Below are positions 31,413 to 41,381 of a stretch of DNA of 64,000 nucleotides, in pieces. A program made the position numbers and the translations under genes. The stretch lies in the NCBI GenBank assembly GCA_963746295.1, contig CAVVAQ010000028.1, positions 1 through 64,000 of the forward strand, read 5' to 3'. The notes beneath the pieces were generated by a model. The model searched no databases, was not told the DNA's origin, and saw only the letters and a list, made by a program, of their open reading frames with translations. Source of the stretch: an uncultured Nitrospira sp. (GTDB lineage Bacteria; Nitrospirota; Thermodesulfovibrionia; Thermodesulfovibrionales; UBA6898). Numbering within the stretch: the first letter of the stretch is position 1; each line of letters begins with the position of its first letter.

Positions 31413-32702
31413 CTATGGGGTCCTTCGCCCGGTCTTCTCATGCCCCCGGGAAGTGTTACCTTTTCGTGCAGGACTCTCTTTTCTTCGCGTTGAACGGGTA
31501 TCTTTTCTCTGCGGCACATTTTCCCTCTTCCTGGCATGCACACCCGCCTTGCGATAACCGGTCACGATCATCTCCTCTGTCACCGGAACAACAGGTATCT
31601 TCTGTCTGATATAGTCCTCGATGTCCTGGAGGGAATGAACATACTCCTCACAGGCAAGGCTTATCGCCTTGCCTTCTGCACCGGCCCGGGCTGTCCTTCC
31701 GATCCGGTGCACATAGTCCTCAGCATCCTGGGGAAGATCATAATTGATCACATGCGTCACCCCGTCAATATGGAGCCCGCGGCTTGCCACATCAGTCGCA
31801 ACGAGTATCGCCAGCGTGCCGTCTCTGAACTGTGAGAGCACCTTAATCCGCTTTCTCTGGTCGAGGTCTCCGGTTATAGAGGCGGTTGCAAAACCATTCG
31901 CGTTCAGGGTGTGATCTATCCGCTCAGCTGCAGCCTTGGTATTACAGAAGACGAGATATCGACCATCGGGTTCATTTTTCAGGATTCCAAGGAGCAGGCC
32001 GATTTTCTCGGACTTACCGACATGATAGATCTCCTGTTCGATCTGTTCCACGGTCAGCTTCTCCGGCGTCACGGAAAAACGCACCGGCAAATTCATATGT
32101 TCATAGCAGAGTTCCAACACACGGTTGGACAGAGTAGCGGAAAAGAGCATGGACTGCCTCTTGTCATAAGAAGACATCCTTCTGAGCAGAAACCGGAGAT
32201 CGCTTATAAAGCCCATGTCGAAAAGCCGGTCTGCTTCGTCGATCACAAGAAATTGGGTCTTTTTCAGACTATAAACCCCCTGCTTGAGATAATCGATGAG
32301 TCTGCCCGGTGTGCCGATAAGCACATCAACGCCCTTTGCGATCTCGTCACGCTGTTTCAGATAATCGATTCCGCCGAATACAGGGAGAATCCTGAAACCG
32401 GCTGCAGAACCGAGCAGTTTTGCCTCTGCGTCTATCTGGATCACGAGTTCGCGTGTCGGTGCAATAATAAGCGTCCGGGGTGACGGGCCACGTCCGGGTG
32501 GAGGCAGCGCAAGCATTCTCGAAAATACCGCGATAAGAAAGGCCGCCGTCTTGCCGGTGCCTGTCTGTGCCTGGGCTGCGATGTCCCTCCCCCGCAGCGC
32601 CTCGGGTAGCGTTTGTGCCTGGACAGGAGTGCATTCATTAAATCCTGCGGCCTTGATTCCCTCAAGAACCTGTCCCGGTATATTCAGTTCTTCGAATCTC
32701 AC
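31413..32702 (-). CDS. rhlB: DEAD-box RNA helicase (RhlB-like)
   Basis: AQTGTGKT, PTRELV, TPGRLID, DEAD, SAT, ATDVASRGLH and HRIGRTARAG. Confidence 0.9.
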   Translation of the reverse strand: MRFEELNIPGQVLEGIKAAGFNECTPVQAQTLPEALRGRDIAAQAQTGTGKTAAFLIAVFSRMLALPPPGRGPSPRTLIIAPTRELVIQIDAEAKLLGSAAGFRILPVFGGIDYLKQRDEIAKGVDVLIGTPGRLIDYLKQGVYSLKKTQFLVIDEADRLFDMGFISDLRFLLRRMSSYDKRQSMLFSATLSNRVLELCYEHMNLPVRFSVTPEKLTVEQIEQEIYHVGKSEKIGLLLGILKNEPDGRYLVFCNTKAAAERIDHTLNANGFATASITGDLDQRKRIKVLSQFRDGTLAILVATDVASRGLHIDGVTHVINYDLPQDAEDYVHRIGRTARAGAEGKAISLACEEYVHSLQDIEDYIRQKIPVVPVTEEMIVTGYRKAGVHARKRENVPQRKDTRSTRRKESPARKGNTSRGHEKTGRRTP

Positions 32703-32797
32703 TTCCTTTACTATACCTCAATCAAAGCCGGGAAAGCAGCATAAAGATTGTAATTTTTCAACAGAATCACATAAGCGGGCCCGATGATATCCTATTG

Positions 32798-33022
32798 CTA
32801 TGTTATTTCATCGTACAAGGGTGAAACTTCTGAATAATAGGGGTAAGATTCCCGAGTGGTGACGTACGCGTAGACCCCTGCAGCGAGAGAGCCCGCAACA
32901 ATACCTGCGGTTGCTCCCAAAAGACCTCCCCTCGCGGTATTTTCCCGTTCGGAAAGCATTCCAATGGTCGTCCCTGCTGCTGCAGCGATGCCAAGCCATA
33001 TGAGATAGTGTGATCTTTTCAT
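32798..33022 (-). CDS. Small glycine-zipper membrane protein
   Basis: Two hydrophobic Gly/Ala-rich segments (GIAAAAGTTIG; GGLLGATAGIVAG). Confidence 0.6.
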   Translation of the reverse strand: MKRSHYLIWLGIAAAAGTTIGMLSERENTARGGLLGATAGIVAGSLAAGVYAYVTTRESYPYYSEVSPLYDEIT

Positions 33023-33213
33023 AAATATGTTTCTTCCCTTGGACATTTTACAACACTACGAACACTTACTGGAAGGCAAAGTTCAAAAACAGGTAATATT
33101 CGGGAAGATCCTGCGCCATAATTCAGAAAAACTCTGGTATTTCACCTGAGCATTGTTCTTCTCCGATCAAACACATTGCGCTTCTCATCCTTCTTCCTTT
33201 ATCCTTATCCACA

Positions 33214-33939
33214 ATGGACAGATGGAAAAACAATATTTCATGCATACTCGTCGAAACCATGGAGACCGGCAATATCGGCGCCTCGGCGCGGGCACTGAAG
33301 AACCTCGGGTTTTCAAAGCTCGAACTTGTCCGGCCCGGGAAATTCCCTTCTGATGAGGCGAGATGGTTTGCGCACGGTGCTGGAGATGTACTCTCCAATA
33401 TAAAGGTTTATCCTGACTTAAAAGCAGCGCTGGCCGACAAGTCAGTAATCATCGGCGTTACGAGGAGGATTGGGAAAAAACGAGGCCAGGGATATCCAGT
33501 TAGGGAAGCAGCAGAAAGAATCAGAGAGCTTTCAGTGAATAATCGCATCGCCCTGCTCTTCGGGAAAGAAGACAGGGGTCTGAAAAATGAGGAGACTGCT
33601 GAATGTTCGTTTATGATCAACATCCCCGCATCTCCTGAAAACCCCTCCTTCAATCTCGCTCAGGCCGTGCTGATCATTGCCTATGAACTCTCTTATACAT
33701 CTTTCACGATCGGCCCGCCACCCCGAATTATCAGCAACGCTGAATTTTTAAACCTCTTCCATAGACTCGGCAATCTTATGAGAATGGCTGGTTATGAGCC
33801 GAAGGGAATCAGGGACAATGAAAAAGAGATCATGATGGACCTGAAACGCCTCATGTCAAGGGCCGCGATAACTGAACGCGAAGCCCAAATGCTGCACGGC
33901 ATCATCTCGCAGATAGGGGAGAGTCTAAAAAAATCTTGA
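33214..33939 (+). CDS. trmJ: SPOUT RNA methyltransferase, TrmJ/LasT family
   Basis: GNIGASARALKNLG, LLFGKEDRGL.NEE and PSFNLAQAV. Confidence 0.88.
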   Translation: MDRWKNNISCILVETMETGNIGASARALKNLGFSKLELVRPGKFPSDEARWFAHGAGDVLSNIKVYPDLKAALADKSVIIGVTRRIGKKRGQGYPVREAAERIRELSVNNRIALLFGKEDRGLKNEETAECSFMINIPASPENPSFNLAQAVLIIAYELSYTSFTIGPPPRIISNAEFLNLFHRLGNLMRMAGYEPKGIRDNEKEIMMDLKRLMSRAAITEREAQMLHGIISQIGESLKKS

Positions 33940-34094
33940 TGGTTGCTACTTGATTATAGACTTTCACAGCACTTTGTCACGTGCATAGTCAATCTCAATT
34001 GAAGACTCCCCTCAACAAGCTACGGGGTGCTATGCAGGTCTGATTTAACCTCCAGTTATCAACGATACCCCTGCATTTATATCCTGCTGAATTC

Positions 34095-35170
34095 TCACCC
34101 AAGCGGCTGCCCAATACTTTCATTATCGCCGACTCCTGCCCCTGTCGCGGCCATGCTCTCCTTGCTATTTTTCGTAAAGAACGTCCCGGCCCGTTCCATT
34201 GCTTCATCCATACTGCTGCTTGACTGGACCCTGCACGCCAAAGAGTGTCCGAATTTATAGTTTTGGGCGAAATAGTGGGTAAATGCCTTCAGCCTGCCCA
34301 AGCGGTATATGGGGCGATAATCCGCGTTCAAAGCCTGGAAAAAAGATGCGTAAATTTCCGGCAGAGACACCGCCGGCTCCGTGACATCGCAGCCGAACAC
34401 AGTCCTGGCAATTTCGGCGAAGAGCCATGGTCTTATCACCGCACCCCGTCCGAGCATCAATCCGTCGGCGCCGGATACTCTAAGGCATTTTTTCGCATCT
34501 TCGACCGAGAAAACTCCGCCATTGGCAATAACAGGTATTTTAATGCATTCCTTTATTTCGGCTATATATGCCCATCGCGGATTTCTTGCAAAGGGCTCAT
34601 GTTTGAACCGGGCATGCACCGTAAGCATATCAACGCCCTCAGCCTTCGAGCATGGAGCAGAACATCTTTAATTTCCCGCTGTCGGAGTCGCTGCCGAGGC
34701 GGATTTTCGCACTCAGTGGCAAGGACGGTGCGCTTTCTGGCCTCGGCCACGATCCTGCGAGCCTCAGCCGGCTGTTCCATCAGCATGACGCCCGCGCCGA
34801 ACTTGCTGACCGCCGTAGATGGACAGCCCATGTTCAAATCAACAGCGTCAGCCTTGAAAGCGTGAAGCGCATCGATGGCCCGGCCTATCTCTTTATCAGT
34901 CGAAGTCAGGAGCTGATAGGAAAGCGGACTTTCCATGACGGTCCTGATCAGATACGGGGAGATGCGGGGATTTTCCGTGGGCAGTCTTCTTGCCGAGAGC
35001 ATTTCGGTAGACAACAGGCCGACCCCGCCGAAGCCGACCATAATCCGCCGGAGGGCGCTGTGGGTCAGGCCCGCCATCGGCGCAAGGAGAAGCGGCGGAT
35101 CGATCAGCAGATTGCGGATCTGCATCGTTCGCGGCCGCGCATGCACGTTCGTTTCAGCTTTCATCGACAT
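34095..35170 (-). CDS. tRNA-dihydrouridine synthase family protein, frameshifted ~34630-34720
   Basis: LAPMAGLT, DLNMGCP, LTVHAR, PVIANGG and GLMLGRG. Confidence 0.88.
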
Positions 35171-35299
35171 TAAGGGACACCTTCCCTGTCTCCTCTCCAT
35201 TGCCTGCGTTTCTCATATCCCCATTTCGATTAACGTTCGCACTCCGCGCAATTGTATCGTATTCGGAGATTGTCGATTACAGGAAGAAGTTTGGCCTTG

Positions 35300-35527
35300 T
35301 TATTTATTACTAGATCCCATCTTGTTGAGGCAATTTTGCAATGCCTTGAGCATATCGTTCGACAATCTCTGAATGCTATCCATCCTTAGCATCGCCTTCA
35401 ACAAAAGATCGTGCAGATCATCCTCTGTAACGGAAGTGTCCATGAGTTCTAACGTTCCCTTTACAGCTAATATATTTTCGTCAAGCTGATGTGAAATTTC
35501 ATCGAGTTTATTACTCTTCTCCGTCAT
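35300..35527 (-). CDS. Small stand-alone HisKA(DHp)-like helical protein
   Basis: SD GGAGGA. ISHQLDENILAVKGTLELM resembles an H-box helix; no catalytic domain follows. Confidence 0.6.
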   Translation of the reverse strand: MTEKSNKLDEISHQLDENILAVKGTLELMDTSVTEDDLHDLLLKAMLRMDSIQRLSNDMLKALQNCLNKMGSSNK

Positions 35528-35707
35528 CGTTTCCTCCTGCCTTAGTCAGGCTTAATCCTCATTAAAGATAAGAACTTTCCCCACTCTAAATAACCCATCT
35601 ATCACGTTCAAATATATCCATAACTCTTTACAAAGTCCCATCGGTCAGGCCAACACGGCCAGGACATGACACCGGCCGCTATATCAGTTATAATAATCAA
35701 CTTGGTA

Positions 35708-36403
35708 ATGAATTTAAAAGAATCCATAATATCATCTTCTTTCTTTCATCTGATTCTGTTTTTGGTCATGGCCGCTGCATCAAGTTATACAGCCGACGTC
35801 TCCGGGGGCCGCCAGAAAATCGTTTCGGTTGACCTTACTGTAGAGGAAAAAGATCTGCCCGACACTGGGATCGACTCTGCAGACACACCGCCACTGACTT
35901 CGAGCCCGCCGCCCAGTGAGGAAATAAGCTTGTCCAATCAAGCAGTAAACAGTCCGCCCGATGAGTCACAAGAAACGCCCAAGCCTGAAAAGAAAGTCGA
36001 AGCTACTGCCGACCCGGCGGAAATTGAAAATGCCAAAAAACCTCCATCGCAGACAGGTGGATTCACCAGCATGGAAGCCTATTACCAATTCATCATGTTA
36101 CATAAAAAAATCTTCGGGCAGAAGGCCGAGGCCAGAGTAAATGAACTCTTGGGTGAGGCCCTCAAGATGAATAAACGACATTTTTACGGCGGCACCGCCA
36201 TGATCAGTTTAAAGTTTGGATCGGACGGTAATTTGATTGAGGTCCTTGTCGATTCCGCGTCACCTGAATTAAAGGCTTTTCTTGAAGAGATCGGTTGGGT
36301 CGCTGTACCTGCCCCGGCTGAATATTCGCTCGGATTTACCGGAGTGCAAATAGAATTCACCGTACTTGAGGGATATATGAGCTTCAGGATAGGCGCGTTA
36401 TAA
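35708..36403 (+). CDS. TonB/TolA-like membrane-anchored protein
   Basis: N-terminal SFFHLILF (SxxxH-like) TM anchor, Pro/Glu-rich linker, and small alpha/beta C-domain. Confidence 0.55.
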   Translation: MNLKESIISSSFFHLILFLVMAAASSYTADVSGGRQKIVSVDLTVEEKDLPDTGIDSADTPPLTSSPPPSEEISLSNQAVNSPPDESQETPKPEKKVEATADPAEIENAKKPPSQTGGFTSMEAYYQFIMLHKKIFGQKAEARVNELLGEALKMNKRHFYGGTAMISLKFGSDGNLIEVLVDSASPELKAFLEEIGWVAVPAPAEYSLGFTGVQIEFTVLEGYMSFRIGAL

Positions 36404-36534
36404 AGAATTTGAATTACACTCAACCTGCTTGCTGCAGGTTTTTATGGACGATTCTGGAATTCCCCATAGTTGATTACCGGCAATAACTTATACTATTTTA
36501 CGGCAATTCAATGTGAGGATTTCAAGAAGACCCG

Positions 36535-38439
36535 TCAGGAAAGCCCCCCGTCACCTTGCCGGATTGACTCCAGAATGTCCCATCGCCCGTAGGCTGCAGT
36601 GATCTCTTTTTCGATCTCCCCGATCCTGGACTCTGATTCAGAAATCCTGTTTCCAGCCTGCCGGTAGAAATCCGGGTCTGCAAGTCTTTTATAAATACCC
36701 TCGCGCTCTGCTTCCAGTGATTCTATGAGTCCAGGCAGCGTTTCAAACTCCTTTTTCTCCCTGAATGTCAGGACCCTCGGACGTTCAAGCCTTGTCCTTG
36801 GCTTCTCAAGTCTGGCTGCCTTTTCGGATCGCGCAGGTTCTTCAGGCTTGCGCTGCCGCAGCCAGTCGTCATAGCCTCCCACATATTCTACGAGCCTTCC
36901 ATCGCCTTCAAATACTATTGTGCTCGTCACGATGTTATTGAGAAACTCCCTGTCGTGGCTCACAAGCAAAACAGTGCCTTCATACTCCATCAGCATTTCC
37001 TCCAGGAGTTCAAGGGTATCAGTGTCAAGATCATTGGTAGGCTCGTCCATCACCAGTACATTCGAGGGCTTTGTGAAAAGCTTCGCCAGGAGCGCCCGGT
37101 TTCTTTCACCGCCTGAGAGGACCTTTACCGGTGAGCGGGCGCGCTCAGAGGGGAAGAGGAAATCTCCGAGATAGCCGATTATATGCCTTGACTTTCCGTT
37201 GACTGTCACGTGCTCGAATCCATCTCCCACGTTCTCAATAACTGATTTTTCATCATCAAGTTGCTCACGGTGCTGGTCGAAATAGGCGACCTTGAGCTTG
37301 GTCCCCAGGCGTACTGAACCCTTATGCGGCTCCAGTGAGCCAAGCAGAATTCTGAGAAGGGTTGTCTTTCCCGCGCCGTTCGGGCCGATAATGCCGACCT
37401 TATCACCTCGCACGATAATAGTCGAGAAATCGCGGATCAAAGGATTGCCTGCATAGACATGCCCGAGCCCTTTTGCCTCAAGAACCAGCCTGCCGGATCT
37501 TTCCGCCTCATTCAACCGCATCGAAGCGCTCCCTGTCTGCTGACGCCTTGCGAGACGTTCCCTTCTCATCTCCTTAAGTGCGGTCACCCGGCCTTCGTTA
37601 CGGGTGCGACGGGCCTTGATGCCCTGCCGGATCCACGCTTCCTCCTGGCTGAGCTTTTTATCAAAGAGGGCATTTTGCGTGGCCTCTGCTTCGAGCTGGG
37701 CCTGTCTTCTCGTCAGATAGGTTGCGAAATCACCTGGCCAGTCAGTCACTCTGCCCCGGTCGAGCTCGATTATACGAGTCGCAAGAACCTGGAGAAACCT
37801 CCTGTCATGGGTTATAAACAGTATTGCGCCTCTGAACTCAAGCAAGAATTCCTCAAGCCAGCTGATTGAGCTTATATCCAGATGATTTGTAGGCTCATCA
37901 AGGAGTAACAGGTCAGGCTCGTTCACGAGCGCCCTTGCAAGCAGGACCCTCCTTTTATAGCCTCCTGAGAGTTCAGACAGAGAAGCGTCAGGATCCAGCC
38001 TGAGACGGGAAAGTACTGTCTCGACCCTCTGTTGTATCCGCCAGCCTCCGGCAGCCTCGATCAAATGCTGCACTCGTTCTAATTGAGCCATAGCGCCTGT
38101 GTCCTCCCCGTGGCTGAGCCGGTTGCTCAGAGAGTGGTATTCAGACAGCAGATCAACCAGGCTGCCGAGACCGGCAGAGACGACCTCGAACACCGTTCCA
38201 GTCAGCTCTTGTGGAACTTCCTGTTCAAGGGAGGCGATCCTGATGCCCTGACTGCGTATGACCTCGCCTGCATCAGGTATGATCTCTCCGCTCATAATAT
38301 TCATAAGTGAGGATTTACCGGCGCCGTTTCTGCCTACCAGACAGACCCGTTCTCCCCGCTCTATCTGAAAGGTCACACCATCAAGCAGCTCAGGCCCGCC
38401 AAAGGCAAGCCTCAATCCCTGCAAACTAACCAATGCCAC
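36535..38439 (-). CDS. uup: ABC-F ATPase Uup
   Basis: Two ABC domains, EEAWIRQGIKARRTRNEGRV linker, and coiled-coil C-terminus. Confidence 0.93.
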   Translation of the reverse strand: MALVSLQGLRLAFGGPELLDGVTFQIERGERVCLVGRNGAGKSSLMNIMSGEIIPDAGEVIRSQGIRIASLEQEVPQELTGTVFEVVSAGLGSLVDLLSEYHSLSNRLSHGEDTGAMAQLERVQHLIEAAGGWRIQQRVETVLSRLRLDPDASLSELSGGYKRRVLLARALVNEPDLLLLDEPTNHLDISSISWLEEFLLEFRGAILFITHDRRFLQVLATRIIELDRGRVTDWPGDFATYLTRRQAQLEAEATQNALFDKKLSQEEAWIRQGIKARRTRNEGRVTALKEMRRERLARRQQTGSASMRLNEAERSGRLVLEAKGLGHVYAGNPLIRDFSTIIVRGDKVGIIGPNGAGKTTLLRILLGSLEPHKGSVRLGTKLKVAYFDQHREQLDDEKSVIENVGDGFEHVTVNGKSRHIIGYLGDFLFPSERARSPVKVLSGGERNRALLAKLFTKPSNVLVMDEPTNDLDTDTLELLEEMLMEYEGTVLLVSHDREFLNNIVTSTIVFEGDGRLVEYVGGYDDWLRQRKPEEPARSEKAARLEKPRTRLERPRVLTFREKKEFETLPGLIESLEAEREGIYKRLADPDFYRQAGNRISESESRIGEIEKEITAAYGRWDILESIRQGDGGLS

Positions 38440-38721
38440 ATTTCACCTCGAAATAAATGAAAATTCAGGAGGGTGACTCACTGACTCTTTTCTTCTTGCC
38501 AGACCTCAAACCGCCTTCTCTTTAGCGCCTTTTGTGAGCGATATTGCTTCCTTTACAGTTTATTATACGAAATAGTGCCATACTCTGTCCCACGCTCATA
38601 GAGAAAAAACAACAGTTGGAGACGCGAATATCAAAAAAAGGATAAATACGTTTCATTGCATTATTCACGAGAAAGATATATTTTACAAAATAAAATTATT
38701 ATTTTTGTTTTAATCAAAGAA

Positions 38722-39006
38722 ATGGAAAGATCAATTAATCAAAACAGATGGTGCGTATACGTACTTCGCTGCCGAAATAACTATCTCTATACCGGGATGA
38801 CCAACAATCTTCAAAAGCGGATGAAAGCTCACGATAAGGGAAGTGGAAGCAAATTTGTTAAATCTCACAAGCCGTTTGAGCTGATAAAGGTAATTTATTG
38901 CGCAGACAGCAAAGAAGCCAGGAAACTGGAATACACCCTCAAGAGTCTGAAACGGCGGGACAAATTCACGGCACTGAAACTGAAATACTGTGATGTTTCA
39001 AAATAA
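38722..39006 (+). CDS. GIY-YIG nuclease (UPF0213-like)
   Basis: WCVYVLRC...LYTGMTNNLQKR...H..G.GSKF...ARKLE..LK. Confidence 0.88.
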   Translation: MERSINQNRWCVYVLRCRNNYLYTGMTNNLQKRMKAHDKGSGSKFVKSHKPFELIKVIYCADSKEARKLEYTLKSLKRRDKFTALKLKYCDVSK

Positions 39007-39066
39007 CGTTATACTCCCAGCGCAGATGGTTATAAATATTTTCAAGAGAGTCGGTGAGGTTTTTTC

Positions 39067-39618
39067 ATGAACAACCTTGCACTTTTCACCGATGCAAGCC
39101 TGAATCCTCTCCTAAAGTGCGGCGTGGGCGGCTATCTTGTCGTCCCCGCTTCATTCCTGGAAGTGTCTCCGGACAGCCTTGAAAGATCCGCCGTAACTGA
39201 ACGGTTAGTGCTACGAAGATTTTCAGGTACTTCCTCTTCAAAACTTGAAGTCCAGACAGTTTTATGGGCACTTGAAAATTATCAAGATCAATTAAAGGCT
39301 TCCTTCCCAGGCAAACTGCGGGTATATACTGATTCCCAGTGCGTTGCGGGACTCCTGAAAAGAAGGACTGGATTAACGGCAAACAGCTTCCTTTCCAAAA
39401 AGACAAATCGTCCGCTGATAAATGCTCCCCTGTACCTCAGGTTCTACGAATTATCCGATGAACTGGATTTTGAGATCGTAAAAGTTACGGGGCACAGCCG
39501 CTCATACTCCCACGACACTGTTCACCGTGTATTCTCATTTATAGACAGAGAAGTAAGGAAAGCGTTAACCCTTTGGGTGGGTGAGTTCAAAGCCGGTATC
39601 ATTCAGCCGATACAATGA
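39067..39618 (+). CDS. Ribonuclease HI-like protein
   Basis: LFTDAS, KLE, VYTDSQ, KVTGHS and terminal D match the RNase H D-E-D-(H)-D layout. Confidence 0.82.
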   Translation: MNNLALFTDASLNPLLKCGVGGYLVVPASFLEVSPDSLERSAVTERLVLRRFSGTSSSKLEVQTVLWALENYQDQLKASFPGKLRVYTDSQCVAGLLKRRTGLTANSFLSKKTNRPLINAPLYLRFYELSDELDFEIVKVTGHSRSYSHDTVHRVFSFIDREVRKALTLWVGEFKAGIIQPIQ

Positions 39619-39706
39619 AACCGGCTGCCGGCACTATTGCTCTGATGAAGGAGTAGTCCGAGTGCATATCCCGGAACATTTCCGACAACGCTTCTCAATA
39701 CAAAGA

Positions 39707-39901
39707 TCATTTGCAGATCTCTTTTACGCGACCTACCCCTCCGGTTTCCAACCGAACCTTAATTCCGTGCGGGTGTGCAGGTGACTTCGTTAAAATATCT
39801 CTCACAACACCTTCGGTGAGTTTCCCTGTCCGCTGGTCATGCTTTAAAACTATTGAAACACGTAATCCTGGTTTTATCTCAGAACGTTTCGTGCCATTCA
39901 T
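39707..39901 (-). CDS. YwbE (DUF2196) family protein
   Basis: IVLKHDQRTGKLTEGVVRDILTKS..HPHGIKVRL..G.VGRV. Confidence 0.92.
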   Translation of the reverse strand: MNGTKRSEIKPGLRVSIVLKHDQRTGKLTEGVVRDILTKSPAHPHGIKVRLETGGVGRVKEICK

Positions 39902-39977
39902 GCACAGTGCTCTCCTCAGGTGTTTCCTGAATGATTTATTGTCCCACTCTTACTGTCAGATATGACTTATGCGGCTG

Positions 39978-40478
39978 CTAATCGTCATATCGAATGGATA
40001 TTACAATGAAAGCAGCGGTACCATTCGGTCTGTCCACCACAACTTCGTCGCCCTCTGACCGGTGCAATAATGCTTTCGCCATAGGCGAATCAATACTGAT
40101 AAAATTCCTGGCAGGATCAATTTCGTCACGGCCGACAATGCGATATCGGAAAAAAATACCTTCAGCATCCTCAATTTCAACCCATGCGCCAAAAAAAACC
40201 CTTGAAGTATCATCGGGCTTCCTGTCGACCATAATCAACTCGTCCAATCTCTTCGTAAGAAAACGTATGCGGGAATCGATCTGCCGCAACTGTTTTTTCC
40301 CGTAAATATACTCTGCGTTTTCAGAACGATCCCCCATAGCTGCAGCCTCAGCCACAGCCTGAGTAACCTGGGGACGTTTTATCTTCCAGAGATAAGAAAG
40401 TTCTTCTTTCAGACGCTCTTGTCCTGCAGGTGTAATATACGCTGAGACAGCTGTATTATTCAGGAAGGGTTTCGTCAT
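39978..40478 (-). CDS. greB: Transcription elongation factor GreB
   Basis: YITPAG, RPQVT.AV..AAAMGDRSENAEYIYGKKQLRQIDSRIRFL and ISIDSPMAKAL. Confidence 0.93.
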   Translation of the reverse strand: MTKPFLNNTAVSAYITPAGQERLKEELSYLWKIKRPQVTQAVAEAAAMGDRSENAEYIYGKKQLRQIDSRIRFLTKRLDELIMVDRKPDDTSRVFFGAWVEIEDAEGIFFRYRIVGRDEIDPARNFISIDSPMAKALLHRSEGDEVVVDRPNGTAAFIVISIRYDD

Positions 40479-40526
40479 AGCTCCTTTAACAAAGCGGTTC
40501 ATTCCATAAAAATAGCGTAGAGTGCC

Positions 40527-40898
40527 CTATACATATTGAATGTCAACTTCGTAGGTGATTGCTGAGTGCCCCGCAGCAGGGCCAGTGCCCTCACAACTGA
40601 GCTTGCCTTTTGCCGTCTTTCTGTGATTCCCGATCATTCCGGTTATGACCCTGGTGAGATCGAACCCGCCATCAACGCATTCCTTGTTCACGCAGTCTAT
40701 CCTGAAAAAAGCGGCACTGCCGGGGAAAAAATTAACTGTTCTTACTAACGATTTATTGAGTCCTATCTGATTATACATCATACTAATGACGATGTTTGCA
40801 ACCCCTGGAAAGTGTGCAGACACTGAGCCTGCATCAACTCTCTGCTGCAGCCTTTCTGTCCTTGCCGCATTCTTCCTGCTGTTCGCGTTGTATCTCAT
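40527..40898 (-). CDS. Conserved-looking hypothetical protein with three Cys (CVNKEC...LSC)
   Basis: Clean ORF with SD GGGAGG, directly after the csp2 terminator. Confidence 0.75.
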   Translation of the reverse strand: MRYNANSRKNAARTERLQQRVDAGSVSAHFPGVANIVISMMYNQIGLNKSLVRTVNFFPGSAAFFRIDCVNKECVDGGFDLTRVITGMIGNHRKTAKGKLSCEGTGPAAGHSAITYEVDIQYV

Positions 40899-40911
40899 GT
40901 TCCTCCCCAAT

Positions 40912-40947
40912 AAAAAAGGCCCCCTCCACCAGGGAGGGGGCCTTTTT
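40912..40947 (-). terminator. Intrinsic terminator after csp2
   Basis: AAAAAGGCCCCCTCC/GGAGGGGGCCTTTTTT on the minus strand. Confidence 0.85.
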
Positions 40948-40954
40948 CAGTCAA

Positions 40955-41155
40955 TTACAGTTTGACCACGTTGATTGCCTTGGGGCCTTTCGGGCCTTTT
41001 TCAGTATCAAAGCTGACCTTGTCACCTTCAGCAAGGCTCTTAAAGCCATTACCCTGGATTGACGTATGGTGAACAAATGCTTCACTTCCGTCTTCGCTTG
41101 CGATAAAGCCAAAACCTTTGCTGTCGTTAAACCATTTTACTGTTCCTTCTGCCAT
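40955..41155 (-). CDS. cspA: Cold-shock protein (CSD), copy 2
   Basis: [15 protein letters not shown] and AFVHHT; close paralogue of 30146..30346. Confidence 0.97.
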   Translation of the reverse strand: MAEGTVKWFNDSKGFGFIASEDGSEAFVHHTSIQGNGFKSLAEGDKVSFDTEKGPKGPKAINVVKL

Positions 41156-41198
41156 TTCATGTACCTCCTTCTCTTTAAACTAAATTTCAGAAGGGCTC

Positions 41199-41258
41199 AA
41201 TAAAAAAGAGCCACAAAGTCAAAAAGTCTTTGTGGCCTGTGTATTCGCAAAAACTTCT
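41199..41258 (-). promoter_or_regulatory. 5'-leader terminator/attenuator hairpin (copy 3) upstream of csp2
   Basis: Minus strand reads AGAAGTT...GCCACAAAG-ACTTTTTGA-CTTTGTGGC-TC-TTTTTTATT, downstream of TTGACG-N18-TATTCT (41303..41274). Confidence 0.72.
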
Positions 41259-41381
41259 AAAATTCTATATAGTAGAATAGCATTATCTTTCACCTTTCGT
41301 CAATTAAAAAAAGAAAACATAACAACCCATTAGTTCGCTGCCGCAAGAAGAGAGTTCGGTAACAAAAGCCCTTTGTTCTTC

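Noticed and set aside
38722..39618. GIY-YIG + RNase H pair as defence or retro-element module
   Set aside because: Both are short stand-alone housekeeping-type proteins, with no RT, ncRNA or element ends nearby.
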